From Cyanophora paradoxa CCMP329 (lineage: Eukaryota; Plantae; Glaucophyta), in contig QPMI01000162.1 in NCBI GenBank assembly GCA_004431415.1, positions 108,153-172,152 of the forward strand: a DNA stretch of 64,000 nucleotides. Reading direction: 5' to 3'. Each line of letters starts with the position of its first letter. Positions within the stretch are counted from its first letter, which is position 1. Below, in pieces: positions 12,172 to 25,079 of the stretch. The position numbers and the translations under genes are program-made. Below the pieces are notes generated by a model that saw nothing but the letters and a program-made list of their open reading frames with translations, was not told the origin of the DNA and did no database searches.

Positions 12172-12769
12172 TTTGAGAGACTTGGAAAGAAGCGGGTGGC
12201 GGCGGCGGGCGGCGGGCGGCGGGAAGCGCTGGAGAGATGCGGGGCTATTCGCCGCTCTGTCAAGGAGGGAGCGCGGTGAGCGGTCTGCGGCGGATGCTTC
12301 TGCAACTGATGAGGAGGAGACTGAGGCGCTGCCTGGCTGTAGCTAGACTGGCAGTGTGTCGACTCTGGCCCTCCACGCTGGCGGCGAGACCAAAATAGAA
12401 CTGATGTCATCGCCATCGAAGCAGCTCCTTCACTGCCAGGCTGATGAGTCACCAGCGCGTTTCCCTTTATCGCTTGCCAGTGAGCTGGCGGTTCGCCCCC
12501 CCCCCCCCCCATTCCCACCCCCCCCCCTCCCGCGAATCCAAGAATAGACCACGTGCGGCGAACGCTGCCCTGCCCGACTCTCGGCCGCCAGACGACCTCT
12601 TCGGCTTCGCGCGCACGCAGTCACACGCACAGCTGACGACTGACAGCTCGCAATGCGGCATACCGCGGTACGTAGACTTGCTGTATACGTAGGCTGACTG
12701 TACTAAGGCTAGCTATAGCTTGGCTGATAGCGATCGCGCGGCGATGGCCGGCTGGATGTAGCTATATAG

Positions 12770-15614
12770 CTAGGGGCCAGCCGCGACCGCGGCCGCTGCG
12801 CAGCCCTCCGCGGCAGACCGCAGGGTCCGCGCCAGGGTGCTCCCCTCCCCGCGGCGCACCTCCGCGGCCTGCAAAGGGCCCGGGTTGGGACAGAGGCACA
12901 TTGCATGAGCTCAACGCTTCTGGAGTTCGGAGGCCTATATTAGCTAGGCCCCACCTCGGCGGCCCGTCGGTAGGCGTCGGCGGCGTCGGCGTGCCTCCCG
13001 CGGGCCTGCGGGCGGTCGTGGGCACCACGCCGCAACGGGCTCACATCGAATTCGTGATCCGGAGAGGGCGCACCCGCTCGATGGCCCCAAGGGCCGCCAG
13101 CTGCGCGGCGGGGCTCGGCTCGGGGCGGCGGCGGGACGGGGCGGCGGGCGGGTAGGGGCGAGGGGCCGCACGTCGGCGTGGGTGAGGGCGTCGGGGAGGA
13201 GAGAGGAGAGGAGCCCCGAGGCGGCCGCCGCGATGCGGGCGTGCCCTGCTGCCGCCTCCCACTCGTGCCTGGGCGGAGGCACCTCAGACGACGAGTCAGA
13301 CTCGGATGAGCCAATGGAGGGGTACGCACCGCCGGGCGGCGTCGTCGCGGAGGAGCCGGGCCAGGCGCAGGCTCAGGCGGTGGGCCGGGTGCAGCCCGGC
13401 CGCCTCCACGGCCGCCGCCGCCGTGGGGAGGGCCCCCCCGCCCTCGCGCTCCGCCGCAGCGACGGCCGCCCCCGCCGCCCGCTCCGCCGCCCGCGCCTCG
13501 GCCGCGTCCCGCCGCGCCCCGCACGCCTGCGCAGCCGAGGTCGGCGCTCGCTCGGAGCGGACCGGGTCGGGCTTGAAAGGCCGCGCCTCGCACTGCACCG
13601 CGCCGCTCGCGGCGGCGGGGAGGGCGAGGCCCGCGTCTGGGCCTGGGAGGCACCGCGCCGGGCACGCAAAGCCCCCGAGCAGAGCGTCGGCGCGGGCCGC
13701 GGTCGGGTCCGTCCCCCGGCACCTGCGCGTCGCCGGGTCGCGGGGGGTACGCAGGGCGTCGGCGTGGCCAAGGAGGCGGGGGGTACCGGTCGCAGCGGCA
13801 CGTGAAGAGCGGGAACTTGCGCGCCATCGCTTCCCGCCTCTCTTCCCTGCCCGGCGCTCTTAGGGGGGGCGGGGGGTGCGCTGAAGAGGGCGCGGCTGTA
13901 CCCGGGGAGCAGCGTGTCATGGTACGCGATCGTGATCTCCTCGCCTGCACTGGCGTGAGGGGGGTACGGAAGGCGCCGAAAGGGGGGTACGTGCCTTCTT
14001 TGATGTCACGCAGGGCGCGGAACGCGAGCTCGGGGCCCTGAGGGGTACCGCATGAATTTGTGGAGGGTGAAGAAAGGGCACCGCCCCGGATTCGAACCTC
14101 GAACGCCCATGCGCACGACGGATTGCAGCTGTGGTTGCAGAAGGCCGCGAGGGGGTACATCCTGCCGGCGCGTTGAGTGGCTGAAACACAGCTGAAGGGT
14201 GGAGGAGTACAGCGCCGTACCCGTGGCCGATCGGGACCGGGGGATCCTCTCCGTGATCGTAGATCGTGAAGCCGTTCGCCTGGGGTACCCCCGTCAGGCT
14301 CTGGAGGGACGGACCGCGAGGAGGGAGGGAGGGAGGGGGCAGCCCGACCAGGGCGCGCCCGGCGGCATCCTCGATCTGCGGCGGAATCTCAGAAGGACGG
14401 GACGGGGCGGGGCGGGGCAGGACGGGACGGGGCGGGGCGGGGCAGGGCGGGACGGGACGGGGCGGGGCGTGCGGGCCTCGTCCGGGGTACACGGAGGTCT
14501 GAGCTCGGGGGGGAGGTGCCGCATGAGAGCGGCGGCGAGCTGGCGGCCCCGCGCGTGAGGAGGAAGGAGGGGGGGCGGGGCGATAGAGGGCGCTGCGCCG
14601 CGCGGGCCCACCCGCTCGACGTGGACGGCCACCCCGCTGGCGCTCGTTCCGCCCGTGCGGTGCGATGCCAGCGACCGGAAACTGCGACGGGGCTCAGAGA
14701 TGTCTGGGAGAGGGGGGGTTGAACGGACCTGGGCTCCTCTACGGAGGGACCGGCCGACCAGCCGGCGGCGGCGGCGGCCAGGAGACGAAACAGGGCCTGG
14801 GGCGAGGCGGCGTCGGGGGCGCAGGAGCTGGGCCGGAGACGCGAGGAGCCGCGGCGGACCAGGAGGCGGAAGGCCGCCGGCCCGCGCTCCGCCTCCGGGA
14901 CGCCAGCGTCGGCCGCGGCGCCGGCGCGGATCTGCGGCGCGCGTGTGGGCACCTCGGCGCGAGCGGGCAGCGGCGCGGGAAGCGCGCGCGGGGGCACGCG
15001 CACCGCGCAGAAGGCGGCGCACTCCTCCCGGTGCCTCGGGGCGGCCTGAGCCTGCGGGGCGTCCGCGGGTCGGCGGCGGGCAAGGGGCGGAGCCCGGCGC
15101 CTCACCTCGTGATCCGGGGAGCAGTAGCAAACGACGCGGCAGCAGCCGCACTCGCGCGGTGTCGCGCCTAGGCCTTCGGCTTCGAATTCGATCCTCGCGA
15201 AGCAGACGTCGCAGTGCGCACGGGGCCCGTCGGCGGGGTGCAGCAGGTGCGCGAGCGGCCGGCTCCGGAGCACGACGTCGCCTGCGCGAGCGGCGAGACA
15301 CGTCAATCGGATCCGGGCGCGCCATGGGCGGGCCGGGATCTTGGGTCAAGCGGACCGCGGGCGAAGACCCTGCGCGCGACGAGCTTCTTTCCCCCGTACG
15401 CGTCGTCGCCGATGTCAACGCCGAAGGCGCTCACGAGGCACTCGCGCACGCGCGGGTCCACGTCCTGCCTGCCTTCGGACACACGACCAACGCGGCTCTC
15501 CCTCGACGCCGGCGCGCTGCCGGCATCGGCACTGCGCTCCGCTGGCGTCGGCGGTGCTTTCGCGACGCGCCTGAACCGCAGCTTAGGCCGCGCACCAGCG
15601 ACGCCGAGCCGCAT
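12770..15614 (-). CDS. SET and MYND domain (SMYD-like) lysine methyltransferase
   Basis: Split SET: GGKKLVARRVF..AGDVVLRSRPLAH; MYND HCDVCF...CGCCRVVCYCSPDHE...HREEC; ANGFTI; MYPLAAFCNHSCNPSC; ALRDIKEGEEITIAY; post-SET FTCRCDRC; helical C-terminus. Ends approximate. Confidence 0.88.
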
Positions 15615-15867
15615 CCCGAGCGCTACACTCCCTCGAGCTGAGTTGCAAGGGCAGCTCCCAGCTACATCGCTCACAGCTATAGCTACAGCTACATCGCTCA
15701 CAGCGCGAGCGGCAGGACCGGGCAGGTTCGGCGCCGGGTACAGCGCTTTGCCGATATTGATCTACCCTCGACCTGCGAAGGGCCGCGACGGCCGGAGCTC
15801 GCTGGTGGCGCATCTGGGCCGGTGGGAGCGTGCGCGTCAGCCTTGAGAAGCGTTCCGGCAGCCCCTC

Positions 15868-18519
15868 ATGAGACCGGTGGATGCGTGTGCAGTATCTGCA
15901 TCCGGCCGCTCTCCTGCCGAATCAGCCGGGCAGGCGCCGGCGTGCGGCGCATTTGCAGCATCTTTGGCAGTATCCCTCGACGTTGCGCGCGTAGAGCCAG
16001 CGCAGCTAATATCTCCGCCGCGCTCTCCCGTCCCCGACTCCGTCTTCCGGTGCGCGGTCGACGTCTGCGCCAATTTTCCCCTCTCGGGACGCTCATGCTG
16101 ACGCGCGGGATGCAGGCAACACAGACCCCACCGTGTCCGCACGCCGGACGGGCCCTCTGCGATTTCATGGTCGCGTCCCCACCACGCCGCGGCCGCGGGG
16201 GAGACACCACTGCACTCACAGCTGCTCCGGTGGTCGTGCGGCGCTCGCCTGTATCCCTCAGCGCAGCCCGTCGGCACAGCCCGTCCAGCCGGCATCCTAC
16301 GGCGGTCCTTCGGCGTGCGCACGTGCGCGTGGCAGCCGCACAGGCAGAGAGCGTTCTTCACTGGCGCGCGGTTAGAGAACCCATGCTTCCGGACGCTTAG
16401 CCAGCCCCCGCTTCAGACAGCTCCAGTCAGCTGCAGCGCCGTCGCGTCGGCCGCGGTGCTGGCATCGTTCGCCGGCCGATTGCCGCGGATCTCGATAAGG
16501 TGGCCCGTCGCTCTGGGGCTCAGCCTGCTTGGAATAGTTATCGACTTTTCCGCCCGCCTCTGGTCGCAGCTCCAGGTGCGAGCGCGGTCGTTCCTGTGCG
16601 CCCGTCTTGGATTCCATCTCACTTCGCCTCCGCCCCCAGCCCGCGGCCGAGGGCGACGAGAGGCGGGAGAGGGTTCGGCGCGCGGCGTACGGCGCGGCGC
16701 AGCTGCTGTACCTGACCCAGCTGCTCGGCCCGGAGCGGCCCGCGCTGCGGTTCGCCGCGTACGTCGTCTCCTTCTTCGTCCTGCCGTCCTTCGCGTCCAA
16801 GTTGGCGTGCGCCCCCGTGTCTCCCGCGCTTCTACGAAGTTAGCTGCGGCCGAGCGCGTCCGGATTTGATCCGCGGCGCAGGGCGGTGAAGCGCTCCATC
16901 GGAATGGCGAGCGCCCTCTCGGCGTCGGGCTCGAGCCGCGCGGAGCTGTCGAACCTGAGGAAAGCGAACGACGCGGCCCGCATATTCCTCGGTGACCGCT
17001 CTCCCTCTCTCTAGTTCGAATCTCTCTCCGGCCGCTCGCTCATCGCGGCCGGCCGCTGGGCGCGCGCAGAGGTGCTCGGCGCGGCGCTGGCGCCCGTCTC
17101 GGTGGGTCTCTCCGCCTTCGGCGGCGTCTTCGGCGAGCTCGCGCGGCGCCCGGCGGCGGCCCTCGTGACTCTGCTCTTCGGGCTCGGCCTCCCCGCCGCG
17201 CTGGCCGTCGCCAACGCAAAGTTCGGCGCCGCCGAGTCTTCCTCCCCGAAGAAGAAGGGCGGGCGGCGGCCGGATCCCGTGGAGCAGCGGCTGGACCGCG
17301 CCGGCCACAGGCTCGCCCTCCTCGGCTTCCGCCCCTCCAACTCGGAGCAGGTCCTCCGCTCCTGCTGCCGCGTCTGGGTGAGCGTTCGCCCCGGCCGGCC
17401 CTGCTTCACACCCCGAGCTCACCGCCCCGCAGCTGGGCCCGGGCGAGTCGCGGGCCGGCTGGCTCTACGACCGGAGGCGGGGCATCGTCGTGACCGAGGC
17501 CTCGGCCGCCCGCGGCAAGTCGGAGGCGGACCTCGTGCGCCGCGCGGGCCGCCCCGCGGGCTGCGAGCTCGAGCGTAGCCGACGCCTGGCCGTAGGTCGA
17601 CGTGGAGATCGCGGGCGCGTGGGTCTCCTGCAGGATACTCGGCGCAGTGCGCCCTATCTCTCGGTCCTCTGCTGATTCTAAATCTGAAGCTCACGCTTCG
17701 GCTCCGCAGGACTCCTCGCGGGGCCTCTGCGTCCTCTGCGTCCTCCAGGCCGACCCCTCCGAGATGTGAGCGAGCCCCCGGCCCTCGCCCTCCGCCCGAG
17801 CCCCTTCCGCCCGCGCCGACGCGGGTCCGGCCCCTGCAGCCCGTTGCTCGCCGCCAGCGCATCCCTCGGCATCCTTGACGCCGCGGTGCGGCTACATTAA
17901 TTCGGCCCGCTTCACCGCAGGCCGGCCGCCGGCCGGCGCTGACCCGGCGCGGGCGCAGCCGGAGGGGGGGCGGAGCTTCTTCCTGGTGGACGTGGGCGGG
18001 CTGGGCCCCGGGGAAGCCGGCCCCGGCGCCCAGGCTCTCCGGTTCCTTCGCGCCGCCCCGGGCTACGAGTTCGGCAGGCGCGCCGCCGGCGCCGCCGCTT
18101 AGGGGCGTGGCCGCCGCCTGACGGGGGCGATGGGGGGCGCGGGGTGCATGCAGGCCGAGCAGCAACCGCTTCCTGGCGACGAGCGCGCCGGCGCCGGCGC
18201 CGGCGCCGGCAAAGGGGGCCCGGGGCCGCCCGGGGGAGCTCCTGGGGGCCCCCATCGCCAACGAGCAGGGCGAGGTACCCCCCGTACCCCCGTACCCCCC
18301 CCACCCCTACCCCCTCCACTTTCCTTCTCTGACGGCGCGCTCGCAGGTGGTAGGGACGCTGGTGCTGAGCGGCGAGTCGGGCATCGCCCTCTCCAGCGCC
18401 GAGGTACCCCCCACCCCCCTCCCCCTCCCTCCCCACCCCACCGCCACCGCCACCCTCTTCTTCAGCTCCCTATGGCCCCCGCCGCCCCCCGCCCGTTTCC
18501 CGCCATCGCCTGTCCCCCC

Positions 18520-18550
<31 letters not shown>

Positions 18551-19604
18551 ACCTCCTCCCCCAGCTCCCTAAGGCCGTCGCCCCGGGGCAGGTTGCGCGG
18601 GTGGCGGAGCTCTTCTGCGGGCGCTCGGCGCCCTCGGACCCCTTCCTCGGCGTCGATCTCGAGGAGGTCGAGCTCGCCCCCGCCCCCGCCCCGGGCCAGG
18701 CGGTCGGGGTAGGCGGCGGCTCCGGCTCCGGCGGGCGCGAGCTCCGCGTCAGGGAGGCGCGCGCTCCCAATCCTGCACCCTGCCGCGCCCTTCTTAGATC
18801 TCACGCCTCGCGCTGCGGCAGGTCTCGCCCGGGTCGCCGGCGGAGGCGGCGGGGGTGCGGCGCGGGGACGTGCTCGTCGGCATGGACGGCCTCCGCGTCT
18901 CCTCCCGCGACGCCCTCGGCCGCCTCGTACGCACACGCCCCGCCCCGCCCCGCCCCGCCCCGCCCCGCCCCGCCCCGCCCGCCTTGAATTCAAGCGGTCT
19001 TTAGAAATATAGCTCGCCCCGCCCCGCCCACCCCGCCCCGCTATAGTCGCGCAACCCCCCCCCCCCCCCCCCCCCCCCCTCGACTATAGCGGGTCTTTAG
19101 AAATCTAGCTCGGATCTAGCCCTCGGCCGACCCCGCCCAGCCCAGCCCCGCATCGACTTCTTAAGCTTCTTGAGCTCGCATCTTGAGCCCGATTCATTAT
19201 TCTAAAGCTAGATCTTGAGCTAGACCCTCAGCTCATCCTCTGTACCCCCGCGGCTCGCTGTTCTGACGCGGGCGCCGGGCCCGGCCCGGCGCGCAGCTGT
19301 ACGCGAGGGCGGCTAGATAGATAGAGCTAGATAGACCCTCAGCTCATCCTCAATCCCCCCGCGGCTCGCTGTTCTGACGCGGGCGCCGGGCCCGGCGCGC
19401 AGCTGTACGCGAAGGCGGCCGGCTCGCCCAGCAGGCTCGACGTCGAGCGCGAGGAGGAGGAGGGCGAGGGGGAGGGTCGGCGCCGCCGCCGCCTTCAGGT
19501 TAGCGTTTCCTCGATCCGCCCTCGGTCCGATGGCTCTGACGCGCGAGAAGGTGTACGCTACGCTGGAGCGGCGGCCCTCCTCCTCGCCCCCGCCCGTCTG
19601 GTGA
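15868..19604 (+). CDS. Membrane protein with degenerate HtrA/Deg-like trypsin domain and C-terminal PDZ domain
   Basis: Hydrophobic segments at 16440-17220. FLATSA...PGELLGAPIANEQGE|VVG resembles HtrA IQTDAAINPGNSGGPL.N..GEVVG. PDZ: PFLGVDLEE...VREVSPGSPAEAAGVRRGDVLVGMDGLRVSSRDAL. Start uncertain. Confidence 0.65.
19221..19419 (+). repeat. Tandem ~90-bp duplication in an intron
   Basis: tagaccctcagctcatcctc...cgcggctcgctgttctgacgcgggcgccgggcccggc...gcgcagctgtacgcga appears at 19221 and 19332. Confidence 0.85.
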
Positions 19605-20334
19605 TCGTTCGCCTCGCCCCGGCGGCTTTGCCTTGTTGCTGGCACCACATCCCGGGATCCTTAGCTTCGTGCCCCCCCGCGGCCTGTAAGTAAGTATGGC
19701 TGGAGAGCCATATATAAGATGGCCGTCAGGCTCACTTTTTTTAGGATGGCCGTCAGGCTCACTTTTTTTAGAATGGCCTAGCCCTGTAGGCGGCAGTAGA
19801 GTGTACAGTACGTCGACTGCTGACCTGTTTAGGATGATTGCTCAGTCAGTAACTCGAGCTCAGTGGCTTCTTATCCAGTTTTCAAAATTTCAGCTTTCAT
19901 AATCACGGCTATCAGAAACTCATGATCAGAACTCGGAATCCTCATCGATATCGTTTTCTACAGTAAATTATCGAGAGCTTGTAGAAGCAGTAGTTGAGGA
20001 TGTAGTTCAGAATAAGCTAGATATCATAGTATGCGTACACGTACAGCATACATTTAGATCAAATTAAAGTCTAAGAGCCTCGGAAAGCTTCTGGATCGCA
20101 GTTGCAGAAACCACCAAATACCGCAGTATACGTGCTAGTACTACGGTACTTGGGAATGAAGTAACTAGAATGAGAATTGCCGTGCCGAATTGAAGGCGGG
20201 GCATGGCATTTAAAATACGTTTCGCAGATTCAATTGCAAGGCTTCGTAATGAAGGCTTGATTATATAAGCTTCGAATTCTCTTAAGAGTCTTTTACATAT
20301 ACGTAGATAGTTAAAGCCAAGGCCCAAAGCGAGT

Positions 20335-23300
20335 TCAAGGATCGTCGAGCTCGAACTCGAGCTCGGCATCGGCCTCAAGGCCCGGCCGCGGGTCGAGGTC
20401 GCCGCCCGGGGCGCCCGCCCGGGCGCCCGTGCCGGCGCGGGCGGCGGCGGCGGCGGCCTTGTCGAGGAAAAGGCGGGCGAGGGGCGGGCCCCGGTGCCCG
20501 AGGCGGGCGGCGAGGGGCGGGAGGCGGAGCAGGCGCCCCGCCGCCCGCAGGACGCGGGGGTCGGGGTCGGCGAGCAGCGCCTCCAGCCGCGCCGGCGCAC
20601 TCTCCGCCAGCGCCGCCCCGCCCTGCCCGATCGCGAGGCGCCCCTCATTCCAGGGCGGGGCGGGTCGGGCCGGGCGGTGCATAGAAGGGCGGGTGAGCGG
20701 GCTTAGCGCGAGGCTGGCCATGGGCGGTGCAAGGCGGGGCGGGGCGGGGCGGGGCGGGGCATAAAAAGGCGGGTGAGCGGGCTAAGAGCTCACGAGGCTG
20801 CGGTGCAAGGCGGGCGGGGCGAGGCGGGGCGGGCGGGGCGGGGCGGACCCGGCCCCAGAGGGCGGCGAGCTCGCGGGGGTCGAGCCGCGCGAGGGCCTCC
20901 GGCGCCGCCAGCGCCGCCGCCAGCGCCTCCCCGGCCCCGGGCCCCTGCGCACGCGCCCCCAAAACAACGTTAACGGCCCCTCAGAAGAACCGAACGCGCG
21001 ATTCGATTCGAGGCGAAGCGAGGCGGACCGCGCGTGCGAAGTGCCAGGCGCACTCGTGGGCGCGCCGGGCGGGGGGTACGCCCGCCCCGCGGAAGAAAGC
21101 GCCCAGCCGCCCGTGCAGCGCCACGCGGGCCGCGGGGGGGCCCTCCGGCCCCCCTGCCAGCCCCAGCGCCCCCGCGACCCCCTGCGGGCCGGGGTTACCG
21201 CGTCAGAAGAAGGGGATGTGGGGGTACAGGAAGCGAGGCCCGCGGGCCTCGGCGGCGGAGGGGGTGAACGCGAAGAGGCCGTCTGCGGCGGATCGGAGCA
21301 TGAGAACGAAACGAAACGGAACGAAACGAACAGAACCGGCGCTTCGGACCGCGCTCGACGAGGAGGGGCCGTAGGGCGGCCCAGAGGCGGCAGAAGGCGA
21401 GCGGGGAGGGCCCGCCCGCCGCCTCCAGCGCCGCCCCGACCCGCATGAACGCCGCCAGCTCGCCTGAGCGCACGCACGCGGGAGGTGAGGCCAGGCTGGG
21501 TCGGGCCGGGCGGGGGCCGCGCGGGGCACCCTCGGCGAGGCCGTGGCGGGCACAGAGGAGGGCGGCGGCGGCCTCGCGGGCGGGGGGCCCGTGGCGTGCG
21601 GCGACGCGGGCGAAGGCGCGGGCGGCGAGGGCCTCGGGGCCGTCGCAGGAGAGGCACGCCTCGAGGCGCGCGGCCGGCGGCTCCGCGCCCGGCGCCGCGA
21701 GCTCCTCCACCAGCAGCTGGGGCGGGGCGGACCCTCAGAGAGGGCGCAGGAAGGGGCGGGAGGGGTCCCTTAAGAAACAGGGCGGGAGGGGCTTAGACGG
21801 GCGCACGCGGAGGAAGAGGGGCCTCTCGGCCTGCGGGGCGGCGCAGGCGCGTTCCCGCAGGGCGCCCGGCAGCGCCGCGCCCCGCTCCGCCAGCGCCGCC
21901 TCCAGCAGCGCCTGAGGGGCAGTCAGAGGACGAACCGGGCGGAGCGGTGGTGGTACAGCTGGAGCCGCGCGGGCTCGCCCGGCGGGCGAGCGGGGGGTGG
22001 GAAGGGAAGTGGGAGCCGGGCCCCCCCGCTCTCTCGCGGCCGCCTACGCCCGAGCGCGCTCACCCTGCGGGCGGGGGCCTCCAGCGGCTCGACGTCGTGC
22101 ACGCGCGGCGTCAGGGAAGCGTCCAGGAGCCCCGCCGGCGGGCCCCCTGCGCCCCCGTCACACGGAGGCGGAGAAGGAGGGGAGGGGGGGACGGGGGGGG
22201 GGGGGGGGGGGGAGGGGGACGCGCGCCGGGGCCCGGGGTGCAGGAGAGGACGACGCGGAGGCGGGGGCCGGGGGCCTGCGGCAGCCACGCCAGCTTCCGG
22301 GCGGCCGGTCAGCGAGGGAGCAGGGTACATGGAAGGTTAGGAGCGGTCTGGTGCGGGGCTGGAAGGGGCGGGTCTAGAATGGCGGTCTAGAAGGGCAGTT
22401 GGGAAGGAAGGGAGGAGGGGCGGGCCCGCTGCGGGCGGGGCGGGGCGGTGCGAGGGCGCACGGCGTGGGGGGCCTCAGCCTCGAGCCGCTCCGCCCCGTC
22501 CACCACCACGACCGCTCGCTGCCCCCGCCCCCGCCTCAGACGGCGCCGTAGGGCTGGGCTCGGGGAAGGGGCGGGCCGGGGCGGGCCTGGGGCCAGGCGC
22601 GGGGCGCGGCGTGGAGCCAGGCGCGGAGGCGGGCGGCGAGCTCCGCGTCCCCCGCGTCCAAGTCCAGCGCTTCCGTTCCGGGCCACGCCGCCCGCGCCTC
22701 CTCCCGCAGCCGCCTGGTCCGGTGGGATCAGCGGGGGCGGCCGGGAAAGGGCGGTGGGGGGCGCGCCGGGCGAGGGTGCGGAGGTGGGCGCTGCGGGGCA
22801 GCTCCGCCGAGTGGAAGACGAGCAGGTCGGAGGGGTGCCGCCACCGCCACGACTCCGCCCACGCCGCCAGCAGCGCTGCGGGGCGGGCGGCGGGTCAAGA
22901 GGGGGTACGGGGGGTACGGGGGGTGGGGCGAGGGGAACACGGCACCGGTCTTGCCGGAGCCGCGGGGCCCGCGGAGAACGAAGTGGGAGCGGTACCCCTC
23001 GAGGCCCTCGCCGGCCGCGAAGGAGTCCAGGGCGGAGAGGTCGACCCCCGAGGGGGGAGGGAACGGTGCGCGGGGGGGTACGGCGCAGCGGGCGTGCCGG
23101 TCGCGCTCGGCCTGCAGCCAGGGGCGCCAGGCGCCGTCCGGAGGGAAGTCCGCCTCGACCCGCTGCGCCGGGCCGGGGCCGCGATGAGCGCGGTCAGTCA
23201 GAGTCGACGGCGCTTGGACAAGAAGCGCCTCCCATCGAGCTAGGGATTTAGCGCCTCAAAATAAAATCTAAGAGCTGGTGGGGGCGGGCGGGCAGGGGCA

Positions 23301-25079
23301 GCGTGAACAAGGAGCCCCGTCCCAAGCTAGAAACCTAAAAAGCTTAAGAGCTGAAGGGGGGCGGGGGGGGCGGGGCGGACGGCGGCGAGGGCGTCGGCGA
23401 CGTCGTGCGCCACGCGCGCCGCGAGGCTCGACGCCCGCTCCACCCGCAGCCCCGCCCCCCGAGCCTGAGAGGGGCGTGAGAAAGGGGCGGGGGCCGGGGC
23501 CGGGGCGCGGGCCGGGCCTCGTCGCGGAGGGCGGCGAGGCGGGGCCGCTCGTGCCCGGGGCCCGCGCCCTCCGCCTCGTCCCGAAGAAGAGCAGCGCCCG
23601 CCCCGCCCGCCCCTGCGCCTTGGTGTTTGTCTTCACCTTTGCTCGCGGGCGACCGCGGGCGGCGGGCGGGGCTGCGGGGGGCGGGCGGCGCACCTCGGGG
23701 TCGTTCAGCACAGCGGCGCGGATCTGAGGCCGAGTCAGGCGGGGATCCGGAGGGCTAGGGGCGCGAGGCTCTCTATCGGCTAGGTGGGGAAGGCCGAACG
23801 GCGGCAGGAGGGGGGCGGGGGGGGGGGGGGGGGGGGGCGGAAACGCGGGCGCGGGGGGAGGGGGAGAGGATGGGGGAACAGGGGTAGAGAGGTTTTCAAC
23901 AGTAGCTAGGTCGGCGTTTTCAACAGTAGCTAGGGGGGGGGGGGGGGGAGGAGGAGGAGGAGGGGAGGGAGGGGGGCAGGGCCGGGCGGGGCGGGCCTCG
24001 AGCTCGGAGAGGGAGCGGTCGGGCCACTTTGCAACCCACGCGAACTCCCGCCCCGCCGCCTCCACGTTCCTGCGGAGCGGTTGGGGAAGGGGGGGAGAGG
24101 GGAGGGGTACGGCGCACCGGCGGAAGACGGCACCCGTCTCCGAGAGGGCGTGCCAGCCTGCGGGGGGTCGGAAGGGGGGGCAGGGGGGGAGGGGAGGGGT
24201 ACCGTACCGTAGCGGCGCTTGAAAACACCGACGAGGTACGTGCAGCGGCTCGCCTGCCGCCGGCTCGAAGGGCGGAGAAGGGGGGGGGGGGGGGGGGGGG
24301 GGGTACGGCACCTCGCGGAGGCAGAGGGCGGCGAGCTCGCCTGCCCGCGCGGGCTCGTCGGAGGCCCGCCACCTGTGCGCCGTCAGACGTCGGAGGGCGG
24401 AGTGGGGACCGGCGGGTGCGGGGGGAACGGGCGCACCTGAGGTCGACGAGGTAGAAAAGGGCGCCGCGGACGGCGCAGAGGGGCGCGAGGCGGGGGCCCA
24501 GCGCCGCGCGGATCGCCTCCCGCTCCGCAAGCGTGTCCTCTGCACTCCCTCGCTGAGCCAAGCAAATAGGGGGGGGACAGGGGGGCGCGGCGGGCACCGA
24601 GGGGCGACGAGAGGTACACGCGGATCTCCCGCAGCGGCGGGGGCGGAGGCGGAGGAGGCGGGTGCGGGGGCGGTTGCGGCGGGGGCGGGGAAGTGGAAGG
24701 GGCTGCGGACGGCTTCGCGGAGGCGCGCGGCCTGCCGTCGAAGCGCGGCGCCGGCTCCCGCCGCGACGAGGCGCCGGGGCCCGCCCCGCCCCGCGTCGCG
24801 TTCGAGGAAGGCGCCGGTGGGTCGCGGCGCGACTGCGCGGCGCTCGGGGCTGGGGCCGGCGTGTCGAACTCGGCGAGGAGGGCGGCGCTGGGCCCGGGCG
24901 GAGCGCGCGCACTCGACGACTCCGCCGCGCCCTGCGGATGCGACGGAGAACGTCAGCTCCAGCGGCACTTGCTCCACTGCAGCGCTCTCGCGCGCGGAAG
25001 GAATCCGCTCGCGCTCGGAGCGGCCTGTGCTCGGGACGCGCACCGCTGCACCTGGCGCAGGCGGGCTCTGCGCCTCCAT
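20335..25079 (-). CDS. DUF4062-like + NACHT/AAA P-loop ATPase (TEP1/NPHP3/TTC41-like STAND protein)
   Basis: DTLAEREAI..ALGPRLAPLCAVRGALFYLVDLRW...LCLREV...RYGW...FAWVAKWPDRSLSELEIRAAVLN fits DUF4062. Walker A GPRGSGKT at 22947-22970; Walker B AVVVVDGAERL; later PLFLR and RLWAALRPLLVERG fit a winged-helix region. Confidence 0.8.

Noticed and set aside
18230-18260. GAPGGP in the ORF track as the protease active-site remnant
   Set aside because: That frame does not continue into IANEQGEVVG; the continuous frame reads PGELLGAP. Either way there is no serine.
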